Shown one piece after another: positions 1 to 11,226 of a stretch of 64,000 nucleotides of DNA (positions within the stretch are counted from its first letter, which is position 1; every line of letters starts with the position of its first letter). The stretch is from positions 11,160,001-11,224,000 of the forward strand of contig OX597830.1 of NCBI GenBank assembly GCA_951406725.2, in the 5' to 3' direction. The DNA is from Octopus vulgaris. Taxonomy: Eukaryota. Under the pieces are notes generated by a model, which saw only the letters and a list, made by a program, of their open reading frames with translations, ran no database searches and had not been told where the DNA came from. The position numbers and the translations under genes are program-made.

Positions 1-490
1 TCGAATCATTTAAACAAACACCTCAATGACAGTGGGAAATCCTACCTGACAGAGAAACTCTTCGAGACTGAAAATAAACACAGAATCTCCCATGAAAAAG
101 AAAGAGAAATCTGGGCAATCAAAAATATAAAAATAAATCCTAAAGCCTTCTACATGTTGGCAAAGGAGTTTGCCTCAGTATGCTATCAGATAGGCCACTA
201 TTTGGCAAAACCAACTCACTAACTGCAGACCTGGGCAAGATAAGTGAAGCACTAAATAAACAATTCCAATGTGTTTTCACTTCTCCACTGGAAAATATGC
301 AAATAAACAAGCCTGAGGAGTTTTTCAGTGTAACGAATCTAATCAGAAAAGAGGGAACCATCGATTACATCAACATAACAGAAGAGGATGTAATATTGGC
401 CATTGATGAGATGAGATCAAACTCAGCAATGAGACCAGATGAACTCTCAGCTGTTCTCTTAAAGACATGTGAAACGGCTCTAGCCTTTTT
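1..490 (+). mobile_element. Decayed CR1/L2-group LINE ORF2 fragment (region between endonuclease and RT)
   Basis: Translates to KNIKINPKAFY...LNKQFQCVFT...INITEEDVILAIDEMRSNSAMRPDELSAVLLK, resembling the KxFY / FxSVF / SxGPDxI motifs upstream of non-LTR RT. Confidence 0.7.
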
Positions 491-519
491 GTTGCAAAAA
501 GGCGTACCAAACATCATAT

Positions 520-1256
520 GGTGATAGCTGTGTGAAAAAGTGTCGCATCCTAGTGGAAGAGGTAGACCCAGGAAAACCTGAGATGAGGTAGTGAAGCACG
601 ACCTTTGAACATTAGGCCTCACCAAGGCAATGACTAGTGACCGAGACCTTTGGAAATATGCTGTGTTTGAGAAGACCCGGCAAGCCAAGTGAGACCATAA
701 CCCGTGGCCTTTGCCAGTGGTGTAATCAGCCCACTTATGCATACCTTTCCTTCATTGGACACTAAACTCTGCTTGCGAAGACCTGTTGAAGCAAGTGAAT
801 TTGGATTCGTGCTAGTGGAACATTAAGAGCACCATCCGAGCGTGATCGTTACCAGGGCCGCTGACTGGCTCCTGTGCCGGTGGCACGTAAAAAGCACTAT
901 TCGAGCTTGATCATTGCCAGTGTCGCCTTACTGGCACTTGTGCAGGTGGCACGTGAAAAACAACATTCGAGCAAGGTCGTTACCAGTGCCTCTGGACTGG
1001 CTCCTGTGCAGCTGCCATGTAAAAAACATCATTTGAGCATGGCCGTTGCCAGTACCGCTTGACTGGCCCTCGTACCAGTGGCACATAAAAACACCCACTA
1101 CACTCATGGAGTGGCTGGCGTTGGGAAGAGCATCCAGCTGTAGAAACTCTTCCAGATCAGATTGGAGCCTGGTGCAGCCATCTGGATTGCCAGTCCTCAG
1201 TCAAACCGTCCAACCCATGCCAGCATGGAAAGCAGACGTTAAATGATGATGATGAT
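520..1256 (+). mobile_element. 5'-truncated RTE LINE: C-terminus plus 3' UTR with internal tandem units and (GAT)n tail
   Basis: GRGRPRKT*DEVVKHDL...SDRDLWKYAV, then units containing GGCACGTAAAAAGCAC, then the conserved GGAAGxGCATCCAGCTGTAGAAAC block and GATGATGAT tail. Confidence 0.8.
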
Positions 1257-1989
1257 ATACACATTGCTACTGTGGAGTTGCATATTTTTAATTGAATGTC
1301 TAACAATAAGTCATTATGACTGGTTTCCGTCATGAATTTGATAGATGGGTAAAGTGTTCAGAATGTTATGGAATATTTGTAGATCATCAGTTCATCTTTC
1401 TTTTCTTCTTTTCTCTCTCTAACTAAGCCTCTAAACATTCACCACACACAAACACATGTTTACACACACACATACATACACATATAGATTCAAAATAACC
1501 AAGAACATCTCAACCTCTCCCAAAACACCCTCTTCCCATAATCCAAGAAAACAAATTCAACTCCAGATTTTTGTCAATTAACTCACATAGTGTCTCATTT
1601 GGGACACCACAGTCTGTGACTCTCTTGCTCCTTCCCGTATCGTGAATGCTGTGATTAATGGGAGAGTCACTGCTTCTAAAGCTGAATGAAACAAATCTTT
1701 GAAGTATTGAGACCTGTGGCATTTAAGATATTTGGAGGGACTGGGACACTAACAGCAAAGTTCTTGTCATTGTTGGCAGTTCACTTCACCGAGGTGTCAG
1801 GCGATGCCCCGTGAGGGTGCTTGGTTCTTTTCAATGCCTTAGCCTTACCATCGCTCATGGTAATGCCATGAGCATGCTAGCTTGCTTCAGTAGGTTCCGT
1901 TGAACTTTGTGGTGTGTGACCAATTGAAGTACTTGATGCTATATTGATGAGTTTCTCCTTTTCTTTGTTTTTTTTTTGTTGGAAATTGT

Positions 1990-2378
1990 AGTTAAGACAC
2001 CCATACCAGTGACACATAAAAAGCACCACCCAAACATGCCAGATACTAGCGCCGCCTGACTGGTGTCCATGTTGGTGGCACGTAAAAGCACCAACAAGCA
2101 CCGTCCGAACGTGGCAGATACTAGCGCCACCTGACTGGCGTCTGTGTCAGTGACACGTAAAAGCACTAACTGATCGTGGCCGTTTGCCAGCTTGCTCTGG
2201 CACGTAAAAAGCACCCACTACACTCATGGAGTGGTTGGCATTAGGAAGAGCATCCAGCTGTAGAAACACTGCCAAATCAGACTGGAGCCTGGTGCAGCCT
2301 CCATGGCTTACCAGACCCCGGTCAAAACGTCCAACCCATGCTAGCATGAAAAACGGACATTAAATGATGATGATGATG
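1990..2378 (+). mobile_element. RTE 3' UTR-family copy with (GAT)n tail
   Basis: Same tandem units and terminal block as 520-1256. Confidence 0.8.
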
Positions 2379-2586
2379 TTATTCTTTTGTTAAATATATT
2401 CCTCTTCATATTTTGAATAAAAAATACTGTATAAAATTGTATGAATTTTCTACATTAATGCTGTTTATTGAACATTTTTCATACTTTCATAATGGCTGTC
2501 CCTCCTTTTGTCTTTCCTTTGTATGCCAATATCATTCATTGTTTCCCTGAATACTATTATTAACATTAGAATATATTTTTATTCAG

Positions 2587-2695
2587 GTAACACTGTATTG
2601 TATGTTTGTGTCTGGAATGGCTATGTCAGCCAAAGTGAGTGATCCTGCGATTGGTGGTTCTTACATGACTTTGTTAAATACTGTTAATAACTTGG
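2587..2695 (+). CDS. SLC33A1: Acetyl-CoA transporter 1, internal coding exon (gene starts upstream of window)
   Basis: ttcag|GTA...TTGG|gtaag; encodes VTLYCMFVSGMAMSAKVSDPAIGGSYMTLLNTVNNLG, matching the AT-1 motif AKVSDPxIGGTYMTLLNTxxNLG; 109 nt. Confidence 0.95.
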
Positions 2696-3059
2696 GTAAG
2701 TGTTTTGCTAATTACAGTGTAATAACTCTTGTAAACTCAGTTGAATCAGTAATATGATGGAATTAAGGGATAAGATGATGGTAAATGTTTTGTTGTAATT
2801 GAAATTAACTTTAGTACAAGGGTAACCAACATACCATCTTTTCTTTATTTTGTTATGCTACTAGTATTTAAATTATAAAATATCAGTGCTATACTAAGTT
2901 GAGGTTCGGTTGCTATGATTACCTTTACCTACCTATATTATACTAAATACAAATGTTTATGTCATAGAATAAATAGTTTTGTGTATGTTAGTTTTTTTAA
3001 ATGTTTTGTTATATTTAATATGTTTCTTTACCTGTTATTTAAATATAAAATTAAATAAA

Positions 3060-3290
3060 ATAAAATAACGAAGATGTACTTGCATAGCGAGTGACTTGAT
3101 CTGAGATCGTGTGCTGGAACGAAAACAATTCCAGTGTGGAAGGTGTTTATAAGCCATTTCAGAAACACACAAAAACCGTTAAATTCACTTCAACATTTAA
3201 ATTTAATTTGTCAAAATATTTTCATCGCTTTGAGACCGTGACCTGTTCACTGACAAAGCTTCATGCTGCATCTCTTGTTAAAATTAAATA
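3060..3290 (-). mobile_element. Probable Penelope-like pLTR remnant carrying a hammerhead-like motif
   Basis: Non-AT-rich island in an AT-rich intron, containing the motif at 3207-3257. Confidence 0.45.
3207..3257 (-). ncRNA. Variant minimal type I hammerhead-like motif (G3-C8 core)
   Basis: Minus strand: TTTGTCA-GTGAACA-G-GTCAC..GCGAT-GAAA-ATAT-TT-TGACAAA; 7-bp stem I. Confidence 0.5.
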
Positions 3291-3404
3291 AATACTAAAT
3301 ATAAAGTATTGGAGTATATTTATTAAAAAATAGATATTGAAAAATAATTTGTAATAAAATATTGAAGCACTTCTGTCATGTTGTTTTTTAATTTTTCTGT
3401 TTAG

Positions 3405-3508
3405 GTGGCAATTGGCCAGCTACAATTTCTTTATGGTTAGTTGAGAGTCTGACAATCAAGACTTGTTCTTCAGATAATAGTTCTTGTTCTGATGCAGCAA
3501 ATGCTGAG
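3405..3508 (+). CDS. SLC33A1: Acetyl-CoA transporter 1, penultimate coding exon
   Basis: tttag|GTGGC...GCTGAG|gtaag; phase-compatible with previous exon; (G)GNWPATISLWLVESLTIKTCSSDNSSCSDAANAE. Confidence 0.95.
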
Positions 3509-3723
3509 GTAAGGAAATTCTTTTAATTGCTTCTTAAATATTCTTAGATCTAATCATTGCTATCACCAATAAAAATGTCTGCATCTGTGACAAAGATTTT
3601 CAGTTATAGAAAAAAAAAATTATTTAATCTGATTCTTTAAGGCTAATGATGATTTTCATTTTCAAATGCATAATTTTAGAGACAATAGAATATTAGTATC
3701 TACAAATGGAATTTTCACTCTAT

Positions 3724-4040
3724 AGGTGCAGGTGTGGCTTGTAGTAAAAAGTTTGCTTCCCAACCACATTGCTCTGGGTTCAATCCCACTGTGTGACACC
3801 TGAGGCGAGTGTTTTCTACATCCCCTGGCCAACCAAAACCTTGTGAATGGATTTAGTAGACATCTCTCATTTCTATATGTATGTGTGTTACACTCTCTTT
3901 ATGCTGACATTGCACATAGTTGTCAATGAGTGTTGTTGTAATGCAAATGGTGTACTTTGTTTCTAATATTCTGGTCATGAGAAATTATTACCTTAATTGG
4001 AAACAGGTGAAGGTTGGCAACAGAGAGGGCATCCAGGTAT
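3724..4040 (+). mobile_element. Diverged tRNA-derived SINE (head as in 63381-63779)
   Basis: AGGTGCAGGTGTGGCT...GGGTTCAATCCCACTG head; ends near an RTE-like GGGCATCCAG block. Confidence 0.6.
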
Positions 4041-4291
4041 TGGGTTGGACAGTTTGATGAAAACTGGTAAGCATTCATTGGGCTGGTGTTTATCTCCAGT
4101 TTCCATACTATTTAAGAGATGAGAAATAAACCTCTCCTTGTATAGAATGTTTGTTTATTATAAGTTACCTTTCCTGGGGAAGGAACTGAACTCTGCACTT
4201 GAAGCTAGAATATCCATCAATTCAGACTGATGAGAATTGTGTGTGAAGTTGGAACTTCTTTGTGTTAATGCTTGTTGAGTAAAGAAAATCA

Positions 4292-4548
4292 TCTCTTGTG
4301 AAAGGTAGGAGAGTCCAGTTTGCTGGACATTGTTGTAGAGCTGAAAAAGAGGTAATTTCTACTCTCCTCCTCTGGAAGCCATCTACTCGCAATGCCAGAG
4401 GGCGCACACTCTCCTACCCTGATGTAATCTCCAGGGATACAGGCATCCAGCAACAGGACCTCTGTAATGCTATGATGGACCGTGAAGTCTGGCGTAGCAT
4501 AGTAAATTCCATTGTCTCGACCACGGTCGAACAATGATGATGATGATG
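4292..4548 (+). mobile_element. 5'-truncated RTE-clade LINE with TSD
   Basis: KGRRVQFAGHCCRAEKEVISTLLLWKP...DREVWR, (TGA)n tail; TSD AAAGAAAATCA at 4281-4291 and 4549-4559; near-identical to 8650-8886. Confidence 0.85.
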
Positions 4549-4559
4549 AAAGAAAATCA

Positions 4560-5050
4560 GGGATAGTGTTCCAAAGAGTTACAGTTTTAAGTAGGCAGGA
4601 TTTGGAAAACTCTTTACCAAATCTGAAGGAAGGGTACTGTGAAGAGACGACAAAAGCAAAATAGGGGGATGCATCAGCAGAATATAGAGAAAGAGAACAT
4701 ACAGCAAGCATAATCTGTGAGTGAAGATTTATCTTAGAGTGTATTGGTATATTCTCAGACATTGTATAGCTATGTGAGTAGTTAGTTAATTTGGCTCAAA
4801 AGCAAATAGCAAGGCCATGTAGGGGGACACGGAGTTAAGTACAGGGTGGTGTTCATGTAAAGAGTTCAGGCCACATGAGGTCAAGGGAGGCTTTGAACAA
4901 AGCGGTCTTCAGCATCTTCACCATCTCGTCTGGCAGCTTGTTCCACGGATCCGCAACCCAGACGGAGAAAGCTCCTCTCCTTCGATTGAGATGAAGTAGG
5001 TTCGATTGAGTAGGTTCGTTAGTGCTTTGTAGATGTCTGCAACTGTTCAC
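4560..5050 (-). mobile_element. Two adjacent CR1/L2-type LINE 3' end fragments
   Basis: Minus-strand KTVTLWNTIPD and GAFSVWVADPWNKLPDEMV...FKASLD match the WNxLP C-terminal motif of CR1-group ORF2. Confidence 0.7.
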
Positions 5051-5306
5051 AGCTGAAAAATACTCAGACTTTGGAGAAAGATTTATCAGAAATTGCGCAA
5101 AACCTGATGATTTGTGAAGTCTGAGATTTTACTTGTGCTGTTCAGGAATTGGGAAGAGACTGTATTTTGTTGTGACTAGGTTGTTATGTCTTTATTGGAA
5201 GAAATTTTCAAAATCACCTGAAATACTATGATTCATGTAACCAGATCATGGCAGTTTTTTCTAAAACTGCCATGACCATTTAGAACTAGAACAAACATAT
5301 TTTAAA

Positions 5307-5687
5307 TCTTTATATATAAAAGTGAGGTTGTGTGCTGTCTATCTCCTATGATTTAGATTCCTAACTACTCCCACATTTTGCGGTGCAGTGTAACCAAAAG
5401 CGGGTATCTTATAGTCGTGATTCATATCGAGCCCTTCTGGGTATTAGCATGAGTCTACGATTTAAAAAAAAAATTACCATCATTTTTTCCATTTTTTTGC
5501 TTTTATATAAGGGAAGTAACTCTCTAAAAATGTCTACGATGAGTCAACGATTAAAAAAAAAATTTACCATCATTTTTTTTCCATTTTTAATGCATTTTTT
5601 TGCTATTTTTTAGCTATAACTCTCTCTAAAAATGCTTATATAGTTATTTCCCTTACAAACCCGAGCAACGCCGGGCGATACTGCTAG
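5307..5687 (+). mobile_element. Non-autonomous Helitron (family A)
   Basis: A|TC start, CTAG|T end, subterminal hairpin CCCGAGCAACGCCGGG, no TSD; copies at 31519-32015 and 58167-58549. Confidence 0.85.
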
Positions 5688-6095
5688 TATAATATATTTG
5701 TTTAAATAAAATGTGTTTTTGATATAAATGTTTTCACCCAGAGTACTATTTGATTTCTTGACTGTTTTGATTCTTATTTAATCTACTGTTTGTTATTAAT
5801 AGTTCTAAATTATTTCCAGTTACAAAAAGAGTTGTAAAAATTCCTGTGAAAACTAGCTGGCTTGATACTGGTAGATTTGGACATTACTAAAAAAAATCAG
5901 AAATATTAAATTTCTAAATATCTCATAGAGATATGTACGGTGGTGGGGCGATAGAATGGTTGTATACTGTCAATCTAACGTGACAGTAGGGGATTACACC
6001 ACCGCTGTTTAGCCCTAGGAAGCATCGACACATTTCCTGTGTCCTTATATATATTTACGAAGGGGAGACAAACACCCCCAACAGCCAGGCCTGCA

Positions 6096-6142
6096 TCTAG
6101 AGACACGCATGTTTCAGGGTCTTTGCCCATCATCGGTCTAGA
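6096..6142 (-). ncRNA. Minimal type I hammerhead motif (left arm of palindrome)
   Basis: Exact reverse complement of 6250-6296. Confidence 0.7.
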
Positions 6143-6249
6143 GTAGCAGATGCCCGCCAGCCGCAGATATCTGTCCCAACTTCGGAAATATTAGATATAT
6201 ATATTTGCAAAGTCGGGACAGACATCTGCAGCTAGCAGGCCTCTGCTAC

Positions 6250-6296
6250 TCTAGACCGATGATGGGCAAAGACCCTGAAACATGCGTGTCTCTAGA
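6250..6296 (+). ncRNA. Minimal type I hammerhead motif (right arm of palindrome)
   Basis: TCTAGA-CCGATGA-T-GGG-CAAAGA-CCC-T-GAAA-CATGCGTG-TC-TCTAGA; GUC triplet; U4C core variant. Confidence 0.7.
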
Positions 6297-6625
6297 TGCA
6301 GGCCTCGCTGTTGGGGGTATTTGTCTCCCCTTTGTAAATATATAAGGACACAGTAAGTGTGTCGAAGCCGACAGGAAGCGTCGATGCTTCCTAGGGCTAA
6401 ACAGCGGTGGTGTAATCCCCTACTGTCACGTTAAATTGACAGTATACAACTATTATAAAAAAAAAACAGTTATATTTTTAATAAAAACTAGTATAAATTA
6501 TATTTTGAAATTTAAAACATACTTACATGCTTTTATATGTGAAATTAACAGATTTCCTTGTTGTTTGTATTCATTATATTGTTTTATATATTAAATGATT
6601 TGTTCCCATCTTCTTATCTTTTTAG

Positions 6626-6790
6626 AGATGCACTGGAAAAGGTGGAACATGTTTAACTATAATTGATGGATATTACATAGAAATTGTGTTTTGTTTAGTC
6701 ATTGGTTTCCTCTGGTATTTTAATAGAAGGTCTACCATTAACCGATTACAGAACCTTAAAGCAGACCAATGGAAAGTGCCAAGACAATGA
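6626..6790 (+). CDS. SLC33A1: Acetyl-CoA transporter 1, last coding exon
   Basis: Pyrimidine tract + tttag|AGA; RCTGKGGTCLTIIDGYYIEIVFCLVIGFLWYF...WKVPRQ*; matches the AT-1 C-terminal GGxC...DGYY motif; TGA at 6788-6790. Confidence 0.95.
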   Translation, partial: RCTGKGGTCLTIIDGYYIEIVFCLVIGFLWYFNRRSTINRLQNLKADQWKVPRQ

Positions 6791-6854
6791 CATTCTTGCC
6801 GCTGGCATAATATTTAGTATTTATTATCAACAAAAGCTAATTGTTCAAAAGAAT

Positions 6855-6860
6855 AATAAA
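6855..6860 (+). terminator. Candidate polyadenylation signal for SLC33A1
   Basis: AATAAA 65 nt after the stop codon, with T-rich sequence downstream. Confidence 0.45.
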
Positions 6861-7244
6861 CATTTTAATTTGAAAATATTTTTGAAGGCTGTAAATTCAA
6901 TCTTTTTTTTTCTTTCCTTTTCCATTTCCACAGGTCTTGTACTGTCGTGTTATTTTCAGATAATAGTGTAAATCCTAGTACTTAACCTTGTTGCAAAATG
7001 CCTCTTTGGAACCTCTGAAGACAAATTTTTTAGCAGTGTGAGGACAGTTAATAACAACAGTGATTTCTCAGTGATGGGTGGTATTTGTGTACTACCAACC
7101 AAGAAGCCAAACTTACTACTGACCCCTGACCCAACTTCTCATCTTTGATCTCCTCAAGCGATCAAGACTTAATTTGTTTGAAACTCATGCAAACCCAAAT
7201 CATCAGCTCCTGAATATGTGTGTATGTTTGTACACATACACATA

Positions 7245-7575
7245 TCATCATCATCATCATCATCATCAACATTTAACGTCCATTTTCCATGCTGTCATGG
7301 GTTGGGCAGCTTGAGAGGAACTGGCAAGGCCAGAGGCTGCACCAGGTTTCTACAACAGGATGCCCTTCCTAATGCCAGCCACTTTACAGAGTGAACTAGG
7401 TGCTTTTTATGCAGCATCAGCATCCACACCAATGCTTTTTATGTGGCACCTTGGTTTTAGGGTCTCAATTCTATTGTTGTGGGTGGGTCTTCTTGAATAC
7501 AGCAATGTTCCACATGTCTCAGTCCTCAGTCATCTCCTTCATAAGGTTCAGCATTTTGAGATCGGCATTCAGTAG
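7245..7575 (-). mobile_element. RTE 3' UTR-family copy
   Basis: (ATC)n followed by the reverse complement of the conserved terminal block. Confidence 0.7.
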
Positions 7576-8259
7576 GAAGTATTGAAGGCTAATGTCACAA
7601 CACTGAAGATGTATATAGACCAAATATGCGGCTGGTGTAAAGCTCCAGCCAGACAGGGTTGATGAGACAGTGGGGTAGACAGACTCATAAAAGTGAAAAG
7701 ACAGACATGGGAAGACTGGAAGAATGAGAGCAGCAGAGAATTATATCTGGCTAGCAGTAATACCTGTCATTAATTGGGTAATTACTTTTATTTTTTCTCG
7801 GGAGCCACATTCAAAGTGTTATTATATATATAGATTTACTCCTCCTGTATGTGTGTATTTTATAAGAATAAAAAAACATATGATTATTTAAGTAGAAAAA
7901 AAGATCAATTTCATACACGAACTTCTGTTTGTTTATTATATGACAATAATAAGTGAGTTGTTTGTGTTATTTTATATATCAATACAGTAATGGCAATTAT
8001 ATAATAAGGCTTTGGTTGGCACGGAATTGTAATGAAAGAGAATTGCCCAACATGCCACACAGTGGAACTGAACCCAAGGCAACACGATTGGAAAGCAAGC
8101 TTCTCAACCACACAGCCAATCCAATAATGGAGAGCTACGTTTTGGATAATATATTCCTTGATACAATATGCTTAACAAGAAGATGGGTTATTTAGGCGGG
8201 AAGATCTTTGATATCAGTATTTCCTCGAGCAATGCAACAACTAACAACGCTTCACCATA

Positions 8260-9159
8260 CAGGGTGTTCCAGAATTAAACTATCTGTTTCATTGAAATTG
8301 AGCAAATTTTAAAAAAACTGACAGAATTTTATGTTTATTATCAAAACAAATAGTTTTATAAATCTCACGTTAAACTTTTATAGAAAATTTTCAACATGTC
8401 TGTATCCCTGCATACCTCAGATCTCTACTTAGCATTGTGAAACACATTTTGAAGCATTTCAAGGGTTAGCTCTTCAAAGCCACAGTCGAACCAATTCTAC
8501 TATATGGCTCAGAAACCTGGATGTTATCAAAGAAGCTTGAGAGGCGGTTGGATGGAACCTACACTCGCCTCCTTATGAGAGCTCAAAATCTCTCATGGAA
8601 GCGCCATCCAGCCAAAATGCAAATATATGGGAAACTACCACCTGTGTCATCTCTTGTGAAAGGTAGGAGAGTCCAGTTTGCTGGACATTGTTGTAGAGCT
8701 GAAAAAGAGGTAATTTCTAACTCTTCTCCTCTGGAAGCCATCTACTCGCAATACCAGAGGGCGCACACTCTCCTACCCTGATGTAATCTCCAGGGATACA
8801 GGCATCCAGCAACAGGACCTCCGTAATGCCATGATGGACCGTGAAGTCTGGCGTCGCATGGTAAATTCCATTGTCTCGACCACGATCTTGCATTGCTAAC
8901 TGAATGTGTTCTTTAAGTTCAGCCAAACGATTGCTCCATCTTGGGAATGGAGGTTAAGAAAATGGTTGCTGCCAAATTGAAAAAAAGCTGTCATGGACAA
9001 ATGAGAAGGGTCCAACTGGAATGAAAATAAAATTATAAACAAAATTCAAAATTTATACACTTTTAACACATATTAAACATGATAAACATGAATAAAAGTG
9101 AGTTTTAAAAAAGATGCATCCAATTTCACTCAAATCATCATTAATCCTGGGACACCCTG
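8260..9159. mobile_element. Tc1/mariner-type non-autonomous element with nested RTE
   Basis: TA|CAGGGTGTTCCAGAATTAA ... TTAATCCTGGGACACCCTG|TA: TIRs plus TA TSD. Confidence 0.8.
8470..8886 (+). mobile_element. RTE-clade LINE 3' fragment nested in the Tc1/mariner element
   Basis: FKATVEPILLYGSETWMLSKKLERRLDGTYTRLLMR...FAGHC. Confidence 0.85.
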
Positions 9160-9164
9160 TATTT

Positions 9165-10002
9165 ACTCGTCTGACTAAACAAGGGAGAGAACACAGGGAG
9201 TGGGGACTAATTGCAGGTGGCGAGCATAGCTTCCGGAAGTGGTCACACAGTCGAACTCAAATGGCTGTGAGTCACAACAGCAGTTTGTTTTTTTTTTGTA
9301 TGAACATTTTGCATTATATAGTTCAGGCATGGATGACATAGAAGGCAGACATGCTGCGTTGCACATGATTGGAAACATGAAACATCAACAGGGCACTTCT
9401 GGAGAATGGATGAATGGGTTTTTTTGTGCCTTTACCCAGCTACACACACACACATGGCCCCGTGGTGCGCGGGATGGTAACATGAAGCATCAACAGGGCG
9501 CAGACAAAAATTTTAATGTTCTTCTCATTTCCTCTACCAAATTGGACAAAAAAGTTTTCGTGAAATATTATCTGCTACCTATGATGCATAAATAGCATCA
9601 ATATTTTATCGTCGGAAAATGGCCTAAAACAAAGGTAAAACCTAGCGCAGTATACTCACATCTGATTAATCTGCATTTTGGTGGGGCCCATAATTGGTGT
9701 GGGAAAATTTTTTTTTAGTCAACAATTCGAGGAGCCTGGTTAATGTTTGTTGCAAATTTGGAGGAAAACAACTGGATACTCTTTGAATTATGGGCCTTAA
9801 CACTGCGAAAATGCTTAAAAAATGTGGTTTATCTTCCCCTATGCCCACATTAGGCAAGAAGATGAAAATCTTTTCGGCCCATGGCATTTCATGGACCCTA
9901 TGTAATGCATGTGTAACATTTCATTAAAATTGGTGGGGTGGCTCTCGAGTTTTAACATGACAAACACACAGACAGACATGTCCTGTGTTTTATATATATA
10001 GA
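9165..10002 (-). mobile_element. Helitron-like non-autonomous element (5' end clear, 3' end uncertain)
   Basis: Minus strand begins A|TCTATATATATAAAACACAGGACATGTCTGTCTGTGTG, like the other Helitron 5' ends here. Confidence 0.5.
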
Positions 10003-10370
10003 TAGCAAGAAGTAAAGGGGAAAAATAGAATTAATATTTTTGATTTTGTTTGGCTTTATGAATTTAATTTTTTTAAATGCTTTTGTCAATTGCTTGATGC
10101 AAGAAAGAAGAAATTGGAAAAATCCTGACCAAAACAGAGAAATTCTAACAAAAATTACAGAAAGAGAAAGTTGTGTTTATTTCTATCATGCAACACTTAT
10201 TATCGCACTCACGCATATACGTTCATATATATGTGTGTGTGTGTCTTTTAGTTTTTGTTTACTTATACACTTCAACAAATGAGCCAATTGAACAACTCTG
10301 TGTGGTTGTTCAATTTGCTAGAAATAACAGCAAAATCTCTCTCATCTTATGTTCATCCTGTGTCGGTGTT

Positions 10371-10856
10371 GGGGTTACCACTTTAGCAGGATATCTTCAT
10401 TTTCACATCAGGGTCACCACTTTAGATGGTTAGTGTCCACATCACGCCAGGGTCACCACTTTAGATGGTTAGTGTCCACATCACGCCGGGGTCACCACTT
10501 TAGATGGTTAGTGTCCACATCACGTTGGGGTCACCACTTTAGATGGTTAGTGTCCACATCACGCCGGGGTCACCACTTTAGATGGTTAGTGTCCACATAA
10601 TGTCGGGTTTACCACTTTAGATGGTTAGTGTCCACATCATTGCCGGGGTCATCACTTTAGATGGTTAGTGTCCAGATCACGCCGGGGTCACCACTTTAGA
10701 TGGTTAGTGTCCATATCACGTTGGGGTCACCACTTTAGATGGTTAGTGTCCACATCACGCCGGGGTCACCACTTTAGATGGTTAGTGTCCACATCACATC
10801 GGGTTTACCACTTTAGACGGTTAGTGTCCAGATCACGTTGGGGTCACCACTTTAGA
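10371..10856 (-). repeat. 39-bp minisatellite (~12-13 units), each containing a tRNA-Trp primer-binding site
   Basis: Unit GGGTCACCACTTTAGATGGTTAGTGTCCACATCACGCCG; contains ATCACGYYGGGGTCACCA, the 3' 18 nt of eukaryotic tRNA-Trp. Confidence 0.85.
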
Positions 10857-11226
10857 TGTTACAGGTTGTGGTGTCATCTAATGAGACTCCGCTCAGAAGG
10901 TTGTAATGTTGTTTGGTAGTAGACCTGGATGAAGAATATGCAAACAGAAGGCTGGTGACTTTAAATATGTTTATTGTGGTCACAAACTGAATGGAAGTGG
11001 TTGATGTACTTTTGTTCATATATATATATATATACAAGCATCTGCGTGGGTTGTGTGTTAGCTGTTAACTCTGGTGAGAAGCTCATGAACAACGAAGTGT
11101 AGGAACCAGTGTAGTGTGTTGGTGCTGTGTAGATGTTGGCGCGTCAGTGAGAGACATCAGTGGTGGCAACGAAGATGGAGGTCGCTGCAATGTGGTCAGT
11201 GGTTAGAAAGTCTGGAATCAACTGAT

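Larger units (their letters stand above)
5959..6450. repeat. ~490-bp fold-back palindrome (inverted Penelope-type pLTR pair)
   Basis: 5959-6190 is the reverse complement of ~6202-6450 with scattered substitutions and one ~20-bp indel. Confidence 0.95.

Noticed and set aside
4226-4260. CTGATGA near a LINE 3' end
   Set aside because: No GAAA and no convincing stems
6702-6971. 89-aa ORF overlapping the SLC33A1 end
   Set aside because: Different frame from the conserved exon; runs into the 3' UTR
10371-10856. CRISPR array
   Set aside because: Units are contiguous tandem copies with no unique spacers; no cas genes; eukaryotic context
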